Part shown: piece after piece, positions 9,803 to 16,845 of the stretch
Position numbering within the stretch: the first letter of the stretch is position 1
Layout of the letters: each line of letters opens with the position of its first letter
Virus record (IMG/VR): IMGVR_UViG_3300042336_000077
Coordinates: 1-25,157 of that record
Length of the DNA: 25,157 bases
Reading direction: 5' to 3' (one strand)
Source: a virus
Lineage: Duplodnaviria > Caudoviricetes
Program-made: the position numbers and the translations under genes
The notes under the pieces: model-generated
What the model was told of the DNA's origin: nothing
Databases searched by the model: none
What the model saw: only the letters and a program-made list of their open reading frames with translations

Positions 9803-9804
9803 GC

Positions 9805-10764
9805 ATGGATAGACCAGTCTATAAAATTACAATTGAGGATGAATACGCTGACGGTGAAAACCTAGGCATAGAAATGATTGCCTTTACTTCAAAGCCTGCA
9901 ATAAAGGTTAAAGGTATGGCTTTCAATTCTCATGTTGCAATGACGTTCAAAGATGATGTTAAGATGCGAGTAGTTGCACCAGCAATGATTCCTATGAACA
10001 TCTATCGCAAGGATGAGGATGGTGAAGAGTATGACGTTCAATTCTCAGCTGAGGTAATTGAGCAGATTCACTCTAAGTTTATGCAAAATTTACAGAACAA
10101 AGACATCTTCAACTTAGAGCATGACACTACTAAGAAAGTCCCAGCTTACATCTTAGAGGCTTGGATAGTAGACAACCCTGAGACTGACAAGGCATTCACT
10201 ACTTATGGCATTGAAGCTCCTAAGGGCACATTGATGTTAACAAGTCAAGTGACAGATAGAACTTACTATGATGACCTTGTTGACTCAGGTCAGGTAGGCT
10301 ACTCTATTGAAGGCTTCTTAGGGATGAAATTATCGGAACAATTAAAATTAAATACTATGAAATTACCTGATGGAGAGCATCTAATCGAGGATAAAATCTA
10401 TGTTGTAAAAGACGGAGAAGTTATTGAGATTAAAGATGTACCTACAGAAATGGAGGCTGAGTTATCAGCAGACCCAGCTGTAGAAGAAGAAGTAGCTGAT
10501 GCTGAGGCTCAAGCTACAGAAGAAGCTGAAACAGAAGAAGTAGCTATGGCTATTGACCCAGCTGTAGATGCTGAGGCTATTATTGCTATTGTGAGACCTT
10601 TATTAGAGGAGCACATGAATTCAGTTATTGCTATGATAGCTGGATTGAAAAATCAAATCGAAGAATCTATAGCATTAGAGACTGAAGAAGAAGAAGTAGC
10701 ACCAGTGGCGTTGAGCTCGCATGAAAAGTTCAAAGAATTTGTAAAATTTTCAAAATCAAAATAA
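9805..10764 (+). CDS. Prohead protease (XkdF-like serine protease) fused to a scaffold domain (319 aa)
   Basis: Motifs 'AFTSKPAI', 'VVAPAMIP..IYR', 'FNLEH' and 'GYSIEG', followed by an acidic 'LPDGEH...' E/A-rich C-terminal half; immediately upstream of the capsid gene. Confidence 0.75.
   Translation: MDRPVYKITIEDEYADGENLGIEMIAFTSKPAIKVKGMAFNSHVAMTFKDDVKMRVVAPAMIPMNIYRKDEDGEEYDVQFSAEVIEQIHSKFMQNLQNKDIFNLEHDTTKKVPAYILEAWIVDNPETDKAFTTYGIEAPKGTLMLTSQVTDRTYYDDLVDSGQVGYSIEGFLGMKLSEQLKLNTMKLPDGEHLIEDKIYVVKDGEVIEIKDVPTEMEAELSADPAVEEEVADAEAQATEEAETEEVAMAIDPAVDAEAIIAIVRPLLEEHMNSVIAMIAGLKNQIEESIALETEEEEVAPVALSSHEKFKEFVKFSKSK
10357..10764 (+). CDS. Possible nested in-frame scaffolding protein (MKLPDGEH..., 135 aa)
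   Basis: In-frame ATG preceded by ATTAAAATTAAATACT, resembling the A-rich initiation regions of other genes here, at the protease/acidic domain boundary. Confidence 0.5.
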   Translation: MKLPDGEHLIEDKIYVVKDGEVIEIKDVPTEMEAELSADPAVEEEVADAEAQATEEAETEEVAMAIDPAVDAEAIIAIVRPLLEEHMNSVIAMIAGLKNQIEESIALETEEEEVAPVALSSHEKFKEFVKFSKSK

Positions 10765-10765
10765 A

Positions 10766-11698
10766 ATGACACGTAACCTTAAATTCGATTTAGATATCGA
10801 AACAAACGCACTATTAGCTGCGAATCCTGAGGAGTTCTATTCAAAGGCATATCTGTCTTCTCCTGACATTCCTAACAACTTCCGTACCTTACCAGGTATC
10901 AAGTCAAAAACAAAGTTAGCTAATGTAACATTTGGCAACTTACTACAAGCATCTACTTGTAATTTCCCAGCACCTACTGACTCATTAGATGCTATTGACA
11001 TTGACGTATGTCCTTTGTCAGCTATGGCTCAATTATGTCAATTTGACTTAGAGCAGTCTTTCTTAGCATTGCAAATGTCTCAAGGCTCAAATGGTGACTT
11101 CACAGTTGCATCATTTATGTCTTACTACTGGAATGAAATGGCTAATGTTATTGGTCAAGATATTGAATTATTGAGATGGCAAGGTAATGATGCATCTGAG
11201 GATCCATTGTTATCATTGTGTACTGGCTACTTATTTCCAATGTTCTATGATACAGCTATCACTGGCTTGTATGATGGTGTAGTTACTACTTCAAATGTAT
11301 TGACAGTTATGGAATCTGTAGTTAACGCTGCTCCTAATGCAATTGTACGCAAGAAAGCAGACTTAAGATTGTATGTTTCAACAAATGTGGCTAATGCATA
11401 CGAGTTGAAAGCGGCACAAGGTAACACTCAGACTTATGTTACTTTACCATTAGGATTGACTTTCTTAGGAATCAATGTAGTAGTGTGTGAAGGTATGCCT
11501 GACAACACTATTGTATTGACATTGAAAAACAACCTTATCTATGCATTCGATGCTGAAGGTGACTCTAAGGCTTTAAAAGCAGTTAACTTGTCTGACTCAG
11601 TTGCTGAGCCATACTTGAGAACAAGAGCTAACATGAAGGTAGGTTTTCACTACACTAACCCATCTGAGATAGTGTTGTACAACCCATTCTACATCTAA
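10766..11698 (+). CDS. Major capsid protein (310 aa)
   Basis: Follows the protease/scaffold and precedes a terminator. 'IGQDIELLRWQG' and 'LTFLGINVVVCEGMPDNTIV' resemble HK97-fold capsid proteins. Confidence 0.85.
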   Translation: MTRNLKFDLDIETNALLAANPEEFYSKAYLSSPDIPNNFRTLPGIKSKTKLANVTFGNLLQASTCNFPAPTDSLDAIDIDVCPLSAMAQLCQFDLEQSFLALQMSQGSNGDFTVASFMSYYWNEMANVIGQDIELLRWQGNDASEDPLLSLCTGYLFPMFYDTAITGLYDGVVTTSNVLTVMESVVNAAPNAIVRKKADLRLYVSTNVANAYELKAAQGNTQTYVTLPLGLTFLGINVVVCEGMPDNTIVLTLKNNLIYAFDAEGDSKALKAVNLSDSVAEPYLRTRANMKVGFHYTNPSEIVLYNPFYI

Positions 11699-11707
11699 GA
11701 CATAAAA

Positions 11708-11735
11708 GGGAGGTAGTAATATCTCCCTATTTTTT
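11708..11735 (+). terminator. Intrinsic terminator after the capsid gene
   Basis: GGGAGGTA-GTAA-TATCTCCC stem-loop followed by TATTTTTT. Confidence 0.8.
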
Positions 11736-11756
11736 CAACTTTAAAACATAAACGAC

Positions 11757-12293
11757 ATGGCATGTGATGCACTTCAAACGATACAAAAGTCTTGTGACAA
11801 CAATACAGGGGGTATCTATAAATTTTATGTCAATCAACAAGATAATGTTGACATGACTACACTTACAGTTGATGCTGGTGATGACTATTTAATTGACAAC
11901 TTAGACTTAGTAGGTGGAGCTGATCCATTTATTGAATTTGAATTCAGACGCAATACTTCAAGCTACACAGAGGAGTCCAACATTGACATAATCAATGGCT
12001 CTTCATTTGTAACTCAAACAATCAACTTGATGTTTCACAGACGTGAGTCAATCAAGTCTAGTGCTATCAAAGTATTGGGCTCAGGTCAGCAGTACTTAAG
12101 TGGTATTGTTCAAGATGCAAATGGCTTGTATTGGTTTTTCCCATACTTGCAGTTGACTGCTACTGGTGAAGGCTCAGGAACAGCTAGAGCTGATGGTTCT
12201 AAGTATTCAATTACTTTGCTTGCAGAGAATGAATTCTTAGCTTATCAAATTGAAGAGTCAGTAGTGACTACTTTAATTACACCAGCACCATAA
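11757..12293 (+). CDS. Major tail tube protein (178 aa)
   Basis: 'MAC...SCDNNTGGI', 'NGSSFVTQTINL', 'IVQDANGLYW' and 'SGTARADGSKYSITL' are typical of Bacteroidota siphovirus major tail proteins. Confidence 0.7.
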   Translation: MACDALQTIQKSCDNNTGGIYKFYVNQQDNVDMTTLTVDAGDDYLIDNLDLVGGADPFIEFEFRRNTSSYTEESNIDIINGSSFVTQTINLMFHRRESIKSSAIKVLGSGQQYLSGIVQDANGLYWFFPYLQLTATGEGSGTARADGSKYSITLLAENEFLAYQIEESVVTTLITPAP

Positions 12294-12320
12294 TCTATTC
12301 TTTTCTCCATAGATAAAGAG

Positions 12321-12349
12321 GGGTTGCAGAAATGTAACCCTTTTTTTTT
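12321..12349 (+). terminator. Intrinsic terminator after the tail tube gene
   Basis: GGGTTGCA-GAAA-TGTAACCC followed by T9. Confidence 0.9.
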
Positions 12350-12378
12350 AATTAAAAAATTCGCTAAGTACAATATAG
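12349..12378 (+). promoter_or_regulatory. Candidate phage late promoter, copy 3 (TAATTAA-N14-ACAATATAG)
   Basis: Fills the gap between the terminator and ATG 12381, with the same geometry as the other copies. Confidence 0.6.
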
Positions 12379-12380
12379 GT

Positions 12381-12716
12381 ATGATATATCTTGAGAAAGA
12401 CTCAACTAATAGCTTTGTACTGACCTTAACTGAGGTCACAACCTTATCAAATGCTTACTATTTATTTGAGTTTCAAGACGAATTCAACACAACATCTAGC
12501 CCTATCTATTGGGAGGGGACAGATACTTCACTGTGGCCATCAAGATTCAACCTATTCACCATCATTGAGCCAGCTGACATTGACTTCATAAAAGGTCAGT
12601 ACAGATATAAGGTCTATGAGAGCTCAGCTCCTACACTTGACCCTACTGGATTGAACATGATAGAAGAGGGTAGGCTTGTAGTGGCTGGTGCAATTATTAA
12701 CTCAATTTATGACTAA
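12381..12716 (+). CDS. Small virion structural protein (111 aa, start corrected to 12381)
   Basis: Beta-rich ORF coupled to the portal gene by TAATG. The track start at 12324 lies inside the terminator hairpin. Confidence 0.55.
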   Translation: MIYLEKDSTNSFVLTLTEVTTLSNAYYLFEFQDEFNTTSSPIYWEGTDTSLWPSRFNLFTIIEPADIDFIKGQYRYKVYESSAPTLDPTGLNMIEEGRLVVAGAIINSIYD

Positions 12717-14029
12717 TGGCTTGGTATAGTAGATTTATAGGCGAGAAGCCACAGACAACAACAGAAGTAGTAGAAGGCTATCAGTCATTCTCTACACCAT
12801 TCGGTAGAGTAGGTGATGCTAACTTGTCCCTACCTTATGTGAATGGTAGATATCAGATAGCTGGCTACATCCCATTTGGTCAAGACAACATGTTCCCTGA
12901 GCTACTTAACCAGCTCTACTACACATCACCTCTACATGGTGCTATTGTGGACTTTAAGACCAACTCAGCAGTAGGTGGTGGCTACACTCTGAAGAGTGAA
13001 GGAATGACCAATGAGGATAAGCTCAAGCTGTACACATTTGAAAAGAAAATTAAACTTGGCAAAGTAGAGAGAGCAATTGCTCAACAGTTGACAGTGCATC
13101 ACAGAGTATACTTCAAGCTGTGCTACAATGCTAAGAGAGAGCTGTATAAGATATACAATGTATCACCTGAGAAGGTGAGGATAGCTAGAGATAAAGTCAC
13201 TTACTTCTTATGTGATGACTGGTCGGCTAGAATTGACGTGACAAGTATCAAAAAATACCATCCTACTAACTCAGACCTTGAGCAGTTGTATGTGTACGAA
13301 ATTATGACCTTAGGTCAAGAGTGGTATCCACTACCACAGTACACCAGTGCTCTTAATTTTGCTTTCCTTAGTGGAGAGTTGAGCTACTTCGCAAAATCTA
13401 ACATACAAAATAGTGTTTTTCCTTCCTTTGCTATGATGTTCCCAAAACGTCCACAGTCAGAAGAGGAGAAGTCAATGATTAAACACACAATTGATAGGTT
13501 AAAAGGTGCGGCTAATGCTGGAAAGGCAGTTGCATTCTTTGCTAACTCAGCGGACCAACTACCTAAGATTGAATCTTTACCTACAAATGGCAATGATAAG
13601 CTGTTTCACGAGGCATCAGCTTTGAACACTGAACAGATTTGCTTTGCTCACACAATTGACCCTATCCTTATGGGTGTTCGCACTACTGGATCATTAGGTG
13701 GTGGAGCTGATATCAAGCAAGCATACGTAATATTTGAGAAAAATGTCGTAATGCCATTGAGATATCAGGTAGAGGAGATAGTTAATGAGCTATTGGAGAT
13801 AGCTAAGATACCAGGCGAATACACAATCAACAACTTTCAAATCATTAATGAGACTATTGTGGAGATTGAAGGTGACGCATCTAAAACTGCTGATGCAATC
13901 AACTCACTTAGTCCATTGGTGGCTACAAAAGTACTCAATGCAATGACTCCTAATGAAGTTCGCTCACTTGCATCCTTGCCTCCTATAGAAGGTGGTGACG
14001 TAATACCAACTGAAACACCAGCAATATGA
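12716..14029 (+). CDS. Portal protein (437 aa)
   Basis: Size plus portal-like motifs: 'YIPFGQDNMFP', 'SPLHGAIV', 'YPLPQY', 'LKGAANAGK', 'ICFAHTIDPILMG' and 'MTPNEVRSLASLPPIEGGD'. Confidence 0.85.
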   Translation: MAWYSRFIGEKPQTTTEVVEGYQSFSTPFGRVGDANLSLPYVNGRYQIAGYIPFGQDNMFPELLNQLYYTSPLHGAIVDFKTNSAVGGGYTLKSEGMTNEDKLKLYTFEKKIKLGKVERAIAQQLTVHHRVYFKLCYNAKRELYKIYNVSPEKVRIARDKVTYFLCDDWSARIDVTSIKKYHPTNSDLEQLYVYEIMTLGQEWYPLPQYTSALNFAFLSGELSYFAKSNIQNSVFPSFAMMFPKRPQSEEEKSMIKHTIDRLKGAANAGKAVAFFANSADQLPKIESLPTNGNDKLFHEASALNTEQICFAHTIDPILMGVRTTGSLGGGADIKQAYVIFEKNVVMPLRYQVEEIVNELLEIAKIPGEYTINNFQIINETIVEIEGDASKTADAINSLSPLVATKVLNAMTPNEVRSLASLPPIEGGDVIPTETPAI

Positions 14030-14592
14030 TCTACTTTATCACAGAGACCTACTTAAAGGTTAATACACCAATCACAGCGAATGTAGATGTTACAGATGTG
14101 ACTCCTTACATAGCTACTCAGGCACAATTGAGAGTGATGCCTATTCTTGGAACTACTTACTACAATTACTTACTTGGAGCTTACAATGCTCAAACACTTA
14201 CTAATGATGAAGAGATACTTGTGACCTTCATTCAGCCAGTAATTGCATGGAGAAGTGCTGAGGATGCTATCTTTGGCTTGACTTATCAGCTAAAGAACAA
14301 AGGATTGCAGACACAGTTCGGTGACTTCTCAGCATCAGTGAGTAGAAGTGAGGTAGCATTCGGCATGGAGCACTACGCACAGAAGGCTTCATTTTATGAG
14401 CAAAGATTAATCAGATACTTAATAGCTAATAAAGACCTTTATCCTGGATTCACAGACCCCACCAACAGAGATACTGACCTTAGACCAATGATAGACCAAT
14501 GCTCTTGCAATTGTGTAGGTCAATGCCATAGTGGATGCCCTTGTGGAGGAATGAGAGAAAATGGTTATAACAATTCAATACTAATATTATGA
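14026..14592 (+). CDS. Putative head-tail connector/adaptor protein (188 aa) with a Cys-rich C-terminal segment
   Basis: Directly after the portal gene; 'FITETYLK..TPI..NVD...YIATQAQLRVMPILGT' resembles Bacteroidota phage adaptor proteins. Confidence 0.6.
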   Translation: MIYFITETYLKVNTPITANVDVTDVTPYIATQAQLRVMPILGTTYYNYLLGAYNAQTLTNDEEILVTFIQPVIAWRSAEDAIFGLTYQLKNKGLQTQFGDFSASVSRSEVAFGMEHYAQKASFYEQRLIRYLIANKDLYPGFTDPTNRDTDLRPMIDQCSCNCVGQCHSGCPCGGMRENGYNNSILIL

Positions 14593-14879
14593 CATTCAAC
14601 GAGATAGCATTCTCAATTATCACAGTCCTACTATCAGCAATAGGTTACTTTCTTAAAGCTGTACATAGTGATATAAAAGCTGTGGTAAGTGAGCAGAAAG
14701 ATATAGTAGCTGATATGATTCATCTTAAAAGTAAGATTGACCTAGTAGACAATGAAGCGAGATTCAGAAGTGACTCAATTGAGAAAATGACACAGCTTGA
14801 AATCAAGCATTTAGCTGAGCACATCAGTGAGCTCACTCAATCAGTAAAAAAATTAATAGAAATACAAATCCAAAGATGA
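14589..14879 (+). CDS. Lysis-associated membrane protein (one TM helix plus coiled coil; holin/XhlA-like)
   Basis: N-terminal hydrophobic helix 'IAFSIITVLLSAIGYFL' and a coiled-coil tail, upstream of the holin and amidase. Confidence 0.5.
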   Translation: MTFNEIAFSIITVLLSAIGYFLKAVHSDIKAVVSEQKDIVADMIHLKSKIDLVDNEARFRSDSIEKMTQLEIKHLAEHISELTQSVKKLIEIQIQR

Positions 14880-15094
14880 AAAATATACAAGACCGCTGGC
14901 TCTCCAAGACACCAAGATTTTGGAAGGCATTACAAAAGTATTCAATTTTTATAGGAGTCATGGCATCCGCTGGGATAGTTGCTCCAGTAGACTTGCATCC
15001 AATCATAGTGACTATCCTTAAGCACACAATTGAAGTGTGTACAGTGATAGCTACAATGTCACAATTAACAGTAGATGGTCATGTCAGAAGATAA
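14876..15094 (+). CDS. Putative holin (72 aa)
   Basis: Basic N-terminus 'RWLSKTPRFWK', two hydrophobic segments and an 'SQLTV' end; overlaps the endolysin start. Confidence 0.6.
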   Translation: MKNIQDRWLSKTPRFWKALQKYSIFIGVMASAGIVAPVDLHPIIVTILKHTIEVCTVIATMSQLTVDGHVRR

Positions 15095-15767
15095 GCTCAA
15101 CTTAAGCAAAATCAAGCAACTGCCCTTGCATCATTCTCAGTATGTCAATGAGAACACTAAGAAGCTACAGATAGTATTGCACCATACAGCTGGCAACTCT
15201 TCAGCACCAGGTACTATCAAGATGTGGGATAAAGATGATAGAGGTCGTATTGCTACTTGTATTGTAATCTCAGGTAAAGGCTTATCTAAGGATACATTTG
15301 ATGGAGAGATTTGTCAAGCATTCAGTTCTAAGAATTGGGCATATCACTTAGGTATCAAGCCTGATGTGTTCAGAGCTATGGGTGTTCCTTACCAAAGATT
15401 AGATAAAATGACAATAGGGATAGAGATATGCAATTGGGGGCCGCTTAAATTAAAGGATGGTAAGTATTACAACTATGTCAATAGAGAAGTGCCATTAGAT
15501 CAAGTGTGTGTTCTTGATAAACCTTACAAGGGATACACTTACTATCACGCTTACACAGATGCACAAATTGAATCTGTAAGACAGTTGCTAGTATACTGGC
15601 ATGAAGTCTATGGAATATCACTTACATACAATGAAGCTGATATGTGGTCAGTATCTAAGAATGCTTTGTCAGGTGTTGCTGGAGTATACACTCACAACAG
15701 CTATAGAAGAGATAAGAGTGATATATCACCACAGCCTAAGATGATTGAAATGTTAAAAAAACTATAA
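15075..15767 (+). CDS. Endolysin, N-acetylmuramoyl-L-alanine amidase (Amidase_2 type)
   Basis: Zinc amidase motifs 'IVLHHTAG', 'IGIEI', 'YTDAQIES' and 'THNSYRRDKSD'. An alternative start exists at 15081. Confidence 0.85.
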   Translation: MVMSEDKLNLSKIKQLPLHHSQYVNENTKKLQIVLHHTAGNSSAPGTIKMWDKDDRGRIATCIVISGKGLSKDTFDGEICQAFSSKNWAYHLGIKPDVFRAMGVPYQRLDKMTIGIEICNWGPLKLKDGKYYNYVNREVPLDQVCVLDKPYKGYTYYHAYTDAQIESVRQLLVYWHEVYGISLTYNEADMWSVSKNALSGVAGVYTHNSYRRDKSDISPQPKMIEMLKKL

Positions 15768-16042
15768 TGAAGACACCAAAGAAAAAAAGAGACTTAGATA
15801 TTAACATTGATACTAAGAATGTAGATATTAAAATTAAGCGAAAAGATGGCATTACAGACGTTAAAGTGGATACTCCTAAAGTAGATGTAAACTTTCATAA
15901 AGATAGTGACTCTAAGGAGCTAAAAATAGATACTGAGAATGTTGACGTACAAGTCACCAATGGTGAGCTTAAAGTAGATGTAAATGAGCAGTCAGGATTT
16001 GTTGGTAAGTTAATAAAATTCCTACTCAGAAGAAAAAAATAA
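15767..16042 (+). CDS. Hypothetical beta-repeat protein (91 aa)
   Basis: Coupled to the endolysin by TAATG; three ~20-aa repeats containing (I/V)DTx(N/K)VD(I/V). Confidence 0.6.
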   Translation: MKTPKKKRDLDINIDTKNVDIKIKRKDGITDVKVDTPKVDVNFHKDSDSKELKIDTENVDVQVTNGELKVDVNEQSGFVGKLIKFLLRRKK

Positions 16043-16043
16043 G

Positions 16044-16051
16044 TATATTTG
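16044..16051 (+). promoter_or_regulatory. TAnnTTTG -7 element (TATATTTG) upstream of a terminator
   Basis: Exact Bacteroidota -7 consensus just after the stop at 16042; no -33 match. Confidence 0.5.
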
Positions 16052-16055
16052 TACC

Positions 16056-16124
16056 GCATGTATATTGTTTGGTTACAATAACACCTAAGAGGGGATGATC
16101 TAGAGATAGTTTATCCCTTTTTTT
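16056..16124 (+). ncRNA. Candidate small antisense RNA (~70 nt)
   Basis: Bounded by a -7 element and an intrinsic terminator. Its 5' GCATGTATATTGTTT is complementary to 16208-16221. Confidence 0.35.
16090..16124 (+). terminator. Intrinsic terminator ending the late/lysis operon
   Basis: GGGATGA-T-CTA-GAGA-TAG-T-TTATCCC followed by T7. Confidence 0.8.
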
Positions 16125-16134
16125 ATGCAATCAA

Positions 16135-16154
16135 ATGTTAAAATATGTTAAAAT
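16135..16154 (+). repeat. Tandem direct repeat ATGTTAAAAT x2
   Basis: Copies at 16135-16144 and 16145-16154, abutting the -33 element. Confidence 0.6.
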
Positions 16155-16155
16155 G

Positions 16156-16186
16156 TTTGCATATATGAAAACAGTTACTAACTTTG
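16156..16186 (+). promoter_or_regulatory. Consensus Bacteroidota sigma70 promoter (early operon)
   Basis: TTTG (16156-16159)-N19-TAACTTTG (16179-16186), a full -33/-7 consensus. Confidence 0.8.
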
Positions 16187-16217
16187 TTTCATAATTATTA
16201 ACACAAAAAACAATATC

Positions 16218-16298
16218 ATGCAAGGAACAATCGTTTATTTATTAGTGCTATATAGCATAGCAGCAACAATCAAAATTTTAACCTTAAAAACTAAGTAA
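16218..16298 (+). CDS. 26-aa hydrophobic peptide MQGTIVYLLVLYSIAATIKILTLKTK
   Basis: First ATG after the consensus promoter, with an A-rich initiation region; the stop abuts the next ATG at 16300. Single TM-like helix with a basic tail. Absent from the ORF track because of its length. Confidence 0.6.
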   Translation: MQGTIVYLLVLYSIAATIKILTLKTK

Positions 16299-16299
16299 C

Positions 16300-16530
16300 A
16301 TGCAAAATTTAATTAATCACATCATTCAAGAAGAAAAAAAATTGTGGAAAATGTATAAATTTGCCTGCCAAGAATTAGGCTATGACTCAAGAGGAGCTAT
16401 CCAGTATCAATCAAAATGGCATCACTGCACTGAGCTCATTGAAATGTTCAACCTTACACCTCCTACTAGGAGAAACCTGAGCACATTCAAGCACAAAAAG
16501 TACACAACTGTTAAAACTTGTGAACAATGA
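16300..16530 (+). CDS. Hypothetical protein (76 aa)
   Basis: ORF in a tightly packed operon, with an ATGA overlap to the next gene. Confidence 0.6.
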   Translation: MQNLINHIIQEEKKLWKMYKFACQELGYDSRGAIQYQSKWHHCTELIEMFNLTPPTRRNLSTFKHKKYTTVKTCEQ

Positions 16531-16658
16531 TATGCCCTGACTGCAATGGAGAAGGTACTATTGAGGTACACTTCTGCACATTTGGTAATGAAATTCACTA
16601 CACTGAAGAGGAGTGTGGATGTAACAACGGATATATTGAACAAGATGAACTTAGCTGA
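16527..16658 (+). CDS. Small zinc-finger protein (43 aa, DnaJ-type CxxCxGxG)
   Basis: MICPDCNGEGTIEVHFCTFGNEIHYTEEECGCNNGYIEQDELS; ATGA overlap with the upstream gene; not in the ORF track. Confidence 0.7.
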   Translation: MICPDCNGEGTIEVHFCTFGNEIHYTEEECGCNNGYIEQDELS

Positions 16659-16845
16659 TATTGAGTCCTACTGGACAAAGAGAGGCCACTTTGACATCCA
16701 ACTATACATTAACTACCTAAGAGCAAAAAATGAAAACATACAGAGTAACAATGAAAGACAAGTCCTTCAAGATAGTGAAGGCATACGATCAACAACATGC
16801 CATTCTACTGGTAGACAGATGGCCAGTATTAATCTTAAAAATTGA
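16645..16845 (+). CDS. Hypothetical protein (66 aa, start corrected to 16645)
   Basis: In frame with track ORF 16546-16845; the 5' part of that ORF is better explained by the zinc-finger gene. Confidence 0.45.
   Translation: MNLADIESYWTKRGHFDIQLYINYLRAKNENIQSNNERQVLQDSEGIRSTTCHSTGRQMASINLKN

Noticed and set aside
12324-12380. Track start for the 130-aa ORF
   Set aside because: Non-ATG start inside the terminator hairpin; ATG 12381 fits the repeated motif.
16058-16081. Minigene MYIVWLQ within the candidate sRNA
   Set aside because: Seven codons with no supporting evidence; cannot be distinguished from chance, though not excluded.
16546-16644. 5' part of track ORF 16546-16845
   Set aside because: Better explained by the overlapping zinc-finger ORF 16527-16658.
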